The position numbers and the translations under genes are program-made. Below the pieces are notes generated by a model that had not been told where the DNA came from, made no database searches, and worked only from the letters and a program-made list of their open reading frames with translations. 50,637 nucleotides of DNA from Halobacteriales archaeon (GTDB lineage Archaea > Halobacteriota > Halobacteria > Halobacteriales > Hikarchaeaceae): NCBI GenBank assembly GCA_022450005.1, contig JAKURE010000004.1, positions 1 through 50,637 on the forward strand, in the 5' to 3' direction. This document shows, one piece after another, positions 1 through 7,135 of the stretch (its first letter is position 1; each line of letters opens with the position of its first letter).

Positions 1-253
1 CAAACACCGCTAGTTCATGAGCTCGCATTTGAAATTCCCCCTTTCAGTTATTCAAATCAGCCCTCAAAAATCGGGTCCCTGTTCTCCCTCTGATCACCAA
101 TGGATTTGCCCCTATCTCTGCACAAATTTCACATAACGCAGTTACTAAATCATCTGCAATGGGGTTCGCATCGATGACAACATTATCTCCCCTTTCTATG
201 GAAGTTGAATGCATCGAAATAATTTTTGCATGTTCCCTAATTCGCTGATCCAT
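1..253 (-). pseudogene. Aminopeptidase (M29/AmpS-like), N-terminal part, with in-frame TGA at 44-46; runs off the window edge
   Basis: MDQRIREHAKII...GDNVVIDANPIADDLV resembles the N-terminus of haloarchaeal M29 aminopeptidases. After TGA the same frame continues KGEFQMRAHELAVF, still family-like. Could be an edge sequencing error rather than a real pseudogene. Confidence 0.55.
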
Positions 254-443
254 GCCCCTTCTTTTACAGGCCATAGTATACGAATTTCGATGTGATTTGT
301 TATTTTCCCCGACTAGATTCAAATCCATCTTTGAATCCCACCACTGCCTTCCTAAGAATCAAATAAAACATAAAAAGGACCAACACAAATCCTCCTATCA
401 CCAAAAAAACAATCACTTCCATATTATACAAATTTCATCTCCA

Positions 444-1655
444 TCAAAACCGTTTCATAGCAAGGAATGCAATGGCCCCAGCCACACTAAATATGGCCAT
501 AGCTGGATATGCTATTGTAATGTCTGTACGTTCCAATATTAAACCAAACACAAATGGTCCGACAGAATTTCCTAGCGCAGACCCCGTCAAAGTTAAAGCG
601 AATAACATACCTGAGAAATCTCTTTTTGCATACACCGACGTTAGTGCATTCATCACCGGAACTGTGGTCCACATCATGGCACCTATCAGGAAAAATAACC
701 CCAACAGAAGTATCTTATTGGGCGGAATTATTCCTGTCAACAAAAGTAAAAATCCTGTCACTACAAAAGTCAATGCACCAAGATTTCTTTTATCAAACAT
801 ATCTGCCAAAGGACCTATCACAATCGTAGATACACCTGCTCCAACAAGCATAACAAAAAACACAGTATTTGCAAAACTAACCACTTCCGAACTTCTCAAA
901 AACACATAAGATGTAGTAAACGTTCTCGCAGCACCGATTTCTACACCCAATAAAAAATTAACGGTCACCAAACCAACTACCCATGGATCCCACGGAAAAT
1001 TCTTTAGCTGAGTCCTTATGTTTTCCCCCCTTGTTACAATTTTTTTCTCTAAATTCCCCACAACGTTATCTGGCTCAGCAAATTTTCTATGGAAAACCAC
1101 GGCGTATACTACCCCAACAATTGCGATTAGGGACAGAGAAAAACGCCAAGAATCAGTCATTAGAATAATTCCACCTATCACTGCTGGAGCCAATGCAGTC
1201 CCGATGGCCCCACCCAATCCATGAAATCCCATGGCCTTTCCTGCGGTATTATCTGCTTCCAAATCCGAAACTGCAGACAAACCCGCAGGATGATAGGTGC
1301 TCCCTCCTATCCCCGCTACAACTTGTGATAACAATAACGCCTGATATGTATCTGCTCTACTTGCAAGAAATACCCCAAATGCCAGCAGAACCAACCCAAA
1401 TCCAAGCACATATCTTTTTCCAATTTTATCCGCTATAATTCCCGCTGGCAATTGGAATATAGCATACACCACATAAAACACAGTCACCAACCAACCTGCC
1501 TGGGCATACGAAATATCAAAATCAATGACAATAAGGGGTATAATTGGTGGTAATGCAACACAATAGAATTCATGTAACGCGTGCGCAATAGCAATAAGTC
1601 CCATTTGCTTGGGATGCGATAAACGGTAGATATTTTTCCATTCAATCGCTCTCAT
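444..1655 (-). CDS. MFS transporter
   Basis: 403 aa, about 12 hydrophobic segments, motif A-like GIIADKIGKR and GPLADMFDKR. Confidence 0.9.
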   Translation of the reverse strand: MRAIEWKNIYRLSHPKQMGLIAIAHALHEFYCVALPPIIPLIVIDFDISYAQAGWLVTVFYVVYAIFQLPAGIIADKIGKRYVLGFGLVLLAFGVFLASRADTYQALLLSQVVAGIGGSTYHPAGLSAVSDLEADNTAGKAMGFHGLGGAIGTALAPAVIGGIILMTDSWRFSLSLIAIVGVVYAVVFHRKFAEPDNVVGNLEKKIVTRGENIRTQLKNFPWDPWVVGLVTVNFLLGVEIGAARTFTTSYVFLRSSEVVSFANTVFFVMLVGAGVSTIVIGPLADMFDKRNLGALTFVVTGFLLLLTGIIPPNKILLLGLFFLIGAMMWTTVPVMNALTSVYAKRDFSGMLFALTLTGSALGNSVGPFVFGLILERTDITIAYPAMAIFSVAGAIAFLAMKRF

Positions 1656-1744
1656 GCACTCTTAGGGGTAGTTTTCACTCTTGTCTTTTGCGATGTCAAA
1701 ATTTTTGTCCTTCCCCTTCAAAACACACGAGATATGAGTCGAAT

Positions 1745-2245
1745 TTACTTATTCTTATCAAGCATAACTTGATTTTTTTTCTTTCTTTTATCCCCATCCC
1801 AAAATTCTAGTGTCTTAGCAGTCCACCAAGTTGGACCTGAAAAATCACTAAAATCAATATTTTTTACACCACTCCCCCTAGCTATAGTTATATGTGGAAT
1901 GTAATTTTCTCCTTCTACCCCTTTGACACAACCAAAAACACTAACAAGAGTTTCATGAATTAATTTCATGCCTATGCTTTTTACTTCTATATATAACACC
2001 GGTGAAGTCCCTCTATCTGCCACCTCAAACATTTCCAAATTTCCAATTTCAACAGTAAATGGTTCTACATTTTCTAATAAAAATTTTATTTCTGATTCTA
2101 TATGCCCATCCAAATCTTCCTTTTCAAAACGTTTGATAACCAGAGTCGGCTCCTCCACAATCTCTTCCCACCCCCCCGACACGGGCGCTATTTCTTCAAT
2201 CGCCCTAACTATCCCTTGTGGAATTGAGACATTTAAACTCCACAC
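1745..2245 (-). CDS. 2'-5' RNA ligase family (2H phosphoesterase) protein
   Basis: C-terminal YIPHITIARG HxT motif and haloarchaeal-type N-terminus (WSLNV..P); the first HxT motif reads PTL. Confidence 0.75.
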   Translation of the reverse strand: MWSLNVSIPQGIVRAIEEIAPVSGGWEEIVEEPTLVIKRFEKEDLDGHIESEIKFLLENVEPFTVEIGNLEMFEVADRGTSPVLYIEVKSIGMKLIHETLVSVFGCVKGVEGENYIPHITIARGSGVKNIDFSDFSGPTWWTAKTLEFWDGDKRKKKNQVMLDKNK

Positions 2246-2261
2246 AACTATCTTCTCCTAT

Positions 2262-2717
2262 TCATACAATCTCATATATGAGAATCCCTGTGACAATTAT
2301 CCCATATATGATGTTCACCACCATAAATTTAATACGAGATTGAATGACTAGTTTGCCCTCCCATACCCAATCCATTTTCATTCCCAATACAATCTCCATC
2401 CCAATTTTATCACCTATTATCCCCACTATCAACCCAACTAAAACTCCCCACACGAGGACATTCACAATAGTCATCGAGATTATTGGGAGTATTGTCGCTA
2501 CAATTCCCCCCATTAAAGATCCATAAATTATACTTAGTAATATCCCTTGATTCAGATATTCATCTGCCTCCCCCGTGCCTATGTATTTAGATACGAATAT
2601 CGACGCAGGTAGGATACTTTTATTTCCTACTCTTTTATCCATCACAGAAACTATTAACAATGTAATCGCACTCGCACCTACGATCCCCGCTATCATTCCT
2701 CCTACAACTGTTGACAT
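2262..2717 (-). CDS. Hypothetical membrane protein (start uncertain; ORF open to 2813)
   Basis: About 4 hydrophobic Gly-rich helices from MSTVVGG; resembles haloarchaeal conserved membrane proteins. Confidence 0.6.
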   Translation of the reverse strand: MSTVVGGMIAGIVGASAITLLIVSVMDKRVGNKSILPASIFVSKYIGTGEADEYLNQGILLSIIYGSLMGGIVATILPIISMTIVNVLVWGVLVGLIVGIIGDKIGMEIVLGMKMDWVWEGKLVIQSRIKFMVVNIIYGIIVTGILIYEIV

Positions 2718-2821
2718 ATAGCTGATCCTTTTTTTTCTACCCTTTTCTAAGTTTTTATTAATATTTCCACACTCGTTACTCTCTTTATCCAAACCCATGT
2801 CTGCCCGTTCCAAACATCATA

Positions 2822-2830
2822 TATTATAAG
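2822..2830 (+). promoter_or_regulatory. TATA box of argG (leaderless-type spacing)
   Basis: TTATAA at 2824-2829, about 25-29 nt before ATG 2853. Confidence 0.5.
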
Positions 2831-2852
2831 CCGTCACTCCAATATACTGATC

Positions 2853-4061
2853 ATGAACCGTGTGGCACTTGCATTCTCTGGTGGTCTCGATACAACCGTT
2901 TGTGTTTCAATTCTTAAAGAAGAATATGGATATGAAGATGTTATTGGAGTTTCAGTCAATGTAGGTCAACCTAAAAACGAATTCGAACAAGCAAAAGAAA
3001 CGGCAAAAGAGATATCTCTAGATTTAAAGATACTCGATGCTAGAACTGATTTTGCCAATTTATGCCTCGATTCTGTTAGAGCAAATGCAAGCTATCAAGG
3101 ATACCCCTTGGGAACTGCACTCGCCCGGCCTATCATAGCAAAAGCCATCCTAGAAGAGGCGAAAAAGACCAAATGCAATGCACTCGCACATGGGTGCACT
3201 GGCAAAGGAAACGACCAATTACGATTCGAAGCCATTTGGCGTGGATCCGGCCTTGAAATAGCAGCCCCTATACGCGATCTGGGGCTAACCAGAACTTGGG
3301 AAATACAATACGCAAAAGAAAATAATTTACCTATCAAATCCGGAAATGATGGGATTTGGAGCATCGATACAAATCTTTGGTCTAGATCAATTGAAGGGGG
3401 TGAACTTGAAGATCCCAGTACTATCCCTCCAAGTTCTATTTATGAGTGGACTCAATCTCCTTCTTCTGAATCTAAATTAGTAACCATAGAATTCGACGAA
3501 GGATATCCTGTCGCAGTGGACGGAACTAACTATTCTCCTGTAGAATTAATCGACCATCTAAACACACTATGTGGCCCTTTCGGAGTCGGAAGAACTGATG
3601 TAATGGAAGATAGGATACTGGGACTCAAAGTCCGAGAAAATTACGAACATCCTGCTGCAACTGCCCTTCTCAACGCACATTCCGCATTAGAAGATCTAGT
3701 ACTTACTAAGGAAGAGCGAAAGTTCAAAATCTCAGTCGATGATGCATGGGCAGAACAAGCATACTTGGGACTAATTTATTCACCTTTTATGGAAGCATTG
3801 AATGGCTTCATTTCTACTACTCAAAAACGAGTAACAGGATCTGTGACGTTAGACCTTCAAGGTGGCCACGCAAGAGCAGTTTCTCGAGAAAGTCCCTACG
3901 CAGTTCATTCTGCATCAGCAGCTTCTTTCAATACCCCTGGAGTCATAGATGACATAACACAATCAGATGCCATAGGGGTCGCAAAATACCACGGCCTCCA
4001 AGAAAGAATGTCTTCAGCACTCTTCGACTCTGAAATCCCTACAACACAAAACAAAAAATGA
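2853..4061 (+). CDS. argG: Argininosuccinate synthase
   Basis: LAFSGGLDT, AHGCTGKGNDQLRFE, SIDTNLWSRSIEG motifs. Confidence 0.97.
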   Translation: MNRVALAFSGGLDTTVCVSILKEEYGYEDVIGVSVNVGQPKNEFEQAKETAKEISLDLKILDARTDFANLCLDSVRANASYQGYPLGTALARPIIAKAILEEAKKTKCNALAHGCTGKGNDQLRFEAIWRGSGLEIAAPIRDLGLTRTWEIQYAKENNLPIKSGNDGIWSIDTNLWSRSIEGGELEDPSTIPPSSIYEWTQSPSSESKLVTIEFDEGYPVAVDGTNYSPVELIDHLNTLCGPFGVGRTDVMEDRILGLKVRENYEHPAATALLNAHSALEDLVLTKEERKFKISVDDAWAEQAYLGLIYSPFMEALNGFISTTQKRVTGSVTLDLQGGHARAVSRESPYAVHSASAASFNTPGVIDDITQSDAIGVAKYHGLQERMSSALFDSEIPTTQNKK

Positions 4062-4072
4062 AAAATAACTCC
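4030..4072 (+). repeat. Left direct repeat (attL-like) overlapping the argG stop and the captured ATG
   Basis: CTGAAATCCCTACAACACAAAACAAAAAATGAAAAATAACTCC matches 5375-5416; identical 14-nt core CACAAAACAAAAAA. Confidence 0.75.
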
Positions 4073-4615
4073 GACCCAACCCCATTTGGAAAGGAAGTTG
4101 AGAAGTTAGAGAACTTCACAGAACTAATACAACGTGGAGCGCGCATGGGGATTTCGTTGTCCATTTTATATATATTAGTTCGGGTAATAGCTGAACGGGA
4201 AATTGATTGGTTAGTTGCAGATATCGTGGTGGTGTTTGCATTCTCTCTGATCTGTCTCATGATGTTTTTAGGGGCATATGTGGGCCATGCACTGGATATG
4301 TTTGAAGATCCACCACAAACAACTAAGCAGATGTTCAAATCACTGGATATCCCTCCCAAAAGTAGCAAAGGGTGGTGGTTTTTGGGAGGTGCAGTTGTGA
4401 CCATTGTGATGGTGACTGTGGTGACTCTGTACTTCCTTGACAGATATTACTGGATGGGTTATCAATGGCAGATAGCACCATTGGTGGGTTTGGCGGTCGT
4501 AATGCTAGAGATGATGCTCATAGGCGCGGGGGGCAGTAATGCTGAATTTGTACTGAAAACTATCCAAGCATCAGGGGTAGTTGGCAGGGGTAATAGACGG
4601 GTAGAAAGAAGGTAG
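4058..4615 (+). CDS. Hypothetical 4-TM membrane protein (element cargo) starting at the apparent ancestral argH ATG
   Basis: 185-aa ORF with 4 hydrophobic segments; ATGA overlap with the argG stop; begins MKNNSD, compare KNDSSD at the ArgH N-terminus. Confidence 0.65.
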   Translation: MKNNSDPTPFGKEVEKLENFTELIQRGARMGISLSILYILVRVIAEREIDWLVADIVVVFAFSLICLMMFLGAYVGHALDMFEDPPQTTKQMFKSLDIPPKSSKGWWFLGGAVVTIVMVTVVTLYFLDRYYWMGYQWQIAPLVGLAVVMLEMMLIGAGGSNAEFVLKTIQASGVVGRGNRRVERR

Positions 4616-4721
4616 GAAATCCACGTCAATAATACGGTTCAGTGTGACATTATATACTGACCAGAGCCTCCCATTATACATGACAGCCGATTATGTCAAA
4701 GTGGAGCTGGGAGAATCTAAT

Positions 4722-4763
4722 ATTTTACAAACTATGAAAGGCATTTTACAAACTATGGAAGGA
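4722..4763 (+). repeat. Tandem 21-bp direct repeat (2 copies)
   Basis: ATTTTACAAACTATGAAAGGC (4722-4742) and ATTTTACAAACTATGGAAGGA (4743-4763). Confidence 0.85.
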
Positions 4764-4796
4764 CCATTTGAGGACATTTTGCCCAATTTCCCATCT

Positions 4797-4812
4797 AAAA
4801 AGAGCTTTATAG
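4797..4812 (+). promoter_or_regulatory. BRE/TATA promoter of the integrase-argH fusion (leaderless spacing)
   Basis: Purine-rich AAAAAGAG followed by TTTATAG (4806-4812), about 23-29 nt before ATG 4835. Confidence 0.55.
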
Positions 4813-4834
4813 TTCGTAAAACATAACTTTTACA

Positions 4835-6844
4835 ATGGTTAGGAAAGTTGAGTTCCCAAAGAAAAAAGGCAAATTTGCCTGCTGGCTAAGCCGTGAGGAA
4901 GTAAAACACCTCATCGAACAATGTACAGAATCAAGAGACGAAGAAATAATTCTCACCCTTTTAGCCTCTGGTTTGAGAGTTCACGAAGCCTGTAAAGCTT
5001 CCTCGGAGGATATTTTTGAAGACGGTCGAGGTCTAATGATAAAAATTTGGGGTAAAAATTCCCAATACAGGGAAGCCCCCATTCCGGCCACCCTGAAAAC
5101 GGCCGACCTACCAATCACACGTAAATACAACGGAATCCACAGGCCCATTTCAACCAACACAGCTTTAGCATGGGTAAAAAAAGCAGGGAAAAACTTGGGA
5201 TGCCCAGAACTCTCACCACATGATTTACGTCGTTCCTACGCCTCGATCCTGCTTGAATCCAATATCGACCCGACCGTTATAATGGAATGGCTGGGCTGGA
5301 GTAGCTGGGAGACATTTCAACGATTCAATATGAACGTGGCAAATCCAGATTTTCAAAAACACGAACGAGAAAAACTGAATTTCCTACCCACAAAACAAAA
5401 AACAAAAAATGACTCCTCCGATATAATACGTGGAACCCGTTTCAGCGGAGGGCCTGCTAGAAACTTCCTCTCTTCAATGGATGTAGATCACCAAATCTTC
5501 GATGCAGATATCGCAGTAGATTTGGCACACGTAGTAATGTTAGCAGAAGAAAATATAATCTCCAAAGACAACGCCAAAGGCATACTAGAAGCTCTTTTTT
5601 CCATTCACGAAATGGGATTTGAAAGCTTACCTCCTGCTGAGGATGTCCACGCAGCAATTGAAACAGCGGTAGTAACTAAAGTTGGAGATTCTGGTGGGAG
5701 AATGCATACTGCTAGGAGTAGGAACGACGAAGTTTCAACATGCATTCGTTATCAATTGCGAAGTGACATTTTGTCTCTACTAAATTCGGTTTTATCTTTG
5801 CGAGAAACTATCCTTTCCATCGCCAAGAGCCACACCTCTACTCTAATCCCTGGGTTCACTCATCTACAAAGTGCACAACCATCAACCCTTTCTCATTGGC
5901 TCGTATCCTACTATGGATCTCTCGAACGGGACACTAACCGATTATTTGATGCTTATAGTCGCATCAATCTATCCCCTCTCGGATCTGCAGCCTTTGCAGG
6001 AACTCCCTTCCCCATCAACCGTGAACGAACCGCAACCCTCCTTGGATTTGAAGGTATAATAGAAAACACAATGGACGCCGTTTCTTCTAGAGATTTTTTA
6101 CTAGAATCTGCGGCAGCTCTGTGCTCTCTTTCTATTACATTCTCAAATATGTCTGAAGATTTAATTTTTTACTCAAATAAGAGCTTTGTTGAGATAGACG
6201 ATGATTACGCGTCTACTTCTTCTATCATGCCTCAAAAGAAAAATCCAGACACACTAGAATTAATACGAGCGGCTGCAGCAACAACCCTTGCCACCTTTTC
6301 CGGTACTTTTACAACTTTAAAAGGCCTCCCCCGTGCTTACAATAGAGACCTTCAATCAGCGACCCCTTATATTTGGAACTCCGTCGAAAAAATGATCGAT
6401 TCCGCAGAAATTCTCTCCAAAATAATAGAAACTTCAACCTGGAATGTCGAACTTCTTTCTAGTTCTGCAGGAGAGGGATTCTCCACCGCAACTGGCGTTG
6501 CCGATACCCTAGCTATGGCCGGAATACCCTTCCGAAAAGCGCACCAAATCATAGCAAAATCAGAAAGTAATTATGAAGATATTTCTTCAAATTTCAACGA
6601 AATAATGGGATCCCCACTCAGTGAATTTTGTACCCAGGATTCAATAGAATCTGCTTTAGATCCCCTCAAAAACGTCGATATGAGGGATTCATTAGGGGGC
6701 CCTTCGCCCACCATTGTTTTAAATTCAATTTCCAATGCTAAAAACAACCTAAAATCAGATTTTTCCCTCCACACGGCGCATAAAGAAAAAATAGACCAAT
6801 CAAAAGAAAAATTGATTCAAGAAGCTATGAGTTACTTGAAATAA
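4835..6844 (+). CDS. argH: Fusion ORF: SNJ2-like tyrosine integrase (aa 1-184) plus argininosuccinate lyase (aa ~190-669)
   Basis: N-part has SGLRVHE, WGK, SPHDLRRSYA, WLGW; C-part has RFSGGP, HTARSRND, GFTHLQSAQP, STSSIMPQKKNPD; no stop between them. Confidence 0.92.
   Translation: MVRKVEFPKKKGKFACWLSREEVKHLIEQCTESRDEEIILTLLASGLRVHEACKASSEDIFEDGRGLMIKIWGKNSQYREAPIPATLKTADLPITRKYNGIHRPISTNTALAWVKKAGKNLGCPELSPHDLRRSYASILLESNIDPTVIMEWLGWSSWETFQRFNMNVANPDFQKHEREKLNFLPTKQKTKNDSSDIIRGTRFSGGPARNFLSSMDVDHQIFDADIAVDLAHVVMLAEENIISKDNAKGILEALFSIHEMGFESLPPAEDVHAAIETAVVTKVGDSGGRMHTARSRNDEVSTCIRYQLRSDILSLLNSVLSLRETILSIAKSHTSTLIPGFTHLQSAQPSTLSHWLVSYYGSLERDTNRLFDAYSRINLSPLGSAAFAGTPFPINRERTATLLGFEGIIENTMDAVSSRDFLLESAAALCSLSITFSNMSEDLIFYSNKSFVEIDDDYASTSSIMPQKKNPDTLELIRAAAATTLATFSGTFTTLKGLPRAYNRDLQSATPYIWNSVEKMIDSAEILSKIIETSTWNVELLSSSAGEGFSTATGVADTLAMAGIPFRKAHQIIAKSESNYEDISSNFNEIMGSPLSEFCTQDSIESALDPLKNVDMRDSLGGPSPTIVLNSISNAKNNLKSDFSLHTAHKEKIDQSKEKLIQEAMSYLK
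5375..5416 (+). repeat. Right direct repeat (attR-like) at the integrase/ArgH junction
   Basis: CTGAATTTCCTACCCACAAAACAAAAAACAAAAAATGACTCC; ACA at 5402-5404 aligns with ATG at 4058-4060. Confidence 0.75.
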
Positions 6845-6871
6845 CTTCTCACAGTACCCAATAATCAAATT

Positions 6872-6885
6872 AGGAAATTTTAAAC
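6872..6885 (+). promoter_or_regulatory. BRE/TATA promoter of lysW/argW
   Basis: AGGAAA followed by TTTTAAAC (6878-6885), about 25-32 nt before ATG 6910. Confidence 0.5.
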
Positions 6886-6909
6886 CGAAGTCTTGTTTAT
6901 TCTCCTACT

Positions 6910-7080
6910 ATGACAAGCACAACTTGTGTGGAATGTGGCTCAGAACTCACAATATCAGACGACGTAGAATCTGGAGAAATTTTGGATTGTGATACTTGTG
7001 GAATCGAACTAGAGGTAATTGGCGTGGGCCCCGTGGAACTCTCCAAAGCACCCGAGCTCGAAGAAGATTGGGGAGAATAA
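6910..7080 (+). CDS. lysW: Amino-group carrier protein LysW/ArgW (56 aa, absent from the ORF track)
   Basis: MTSTTCVECG...CDTCG...APELEEDWGE: two CxxC pairs and the diagnostic C-terminal EDWGE. Confidence 0.97.
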   Translation: MTSTTCVECGSELTISDDVESGEILDCDTCGIELEVIGVGPVELSKAPELEEDWGE

Positions 7081-7135
7081 CAGTTTTAGGTATATAGGAA
7101 CACTTATTAATCGAGTAATCCTAAGTGATCCTCTC

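Larger units (their letters stand above)
4030..5416 (+). mobile_element. Integrated mini-element (4-TM cargo ORF plus SNJ2-like integrase), 1344 bp between repeat cores
   Basis: Interrupts the normally adjacent argG-argH pair, is flanked by imperfect direct repeats, encodes a tyrosine recombinase, and its cargo has atypical G-rich skew. Confidence 0.8.

Noticed and set aside
44-46. Selenocysteine or alternative genetic code at the TGA
   Set aside because: TGA terminates many intact genes here (argG, serA, eif2g) and the position is not a known catalytic Cys
4673-4701. dif-like site (TTATGTCAAAG resembles a XerD arm)
   Set aside because: The left arm is a poor inverted match and the 11-6-11 geometry is not met
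4722-4763. Possible mini-CRISPR
   Set aside because: Two abutting copies with no spacer and no cas genes in the window
4644-4826. 60-aa ORF containing ILQTMKG/ILQTMEG
   Set aside because: The peptide repeat is just the 21-bp DNA repeat; GTG start, no recognisable family, and it overlaps the likely integrase promoter
7019-7135. N-terminal extension of argX in the ORF track
   Set aside because: It overlaps the real lysW gene; the family start is MNVGFLYS at 7136 with a TATA-like box upstream
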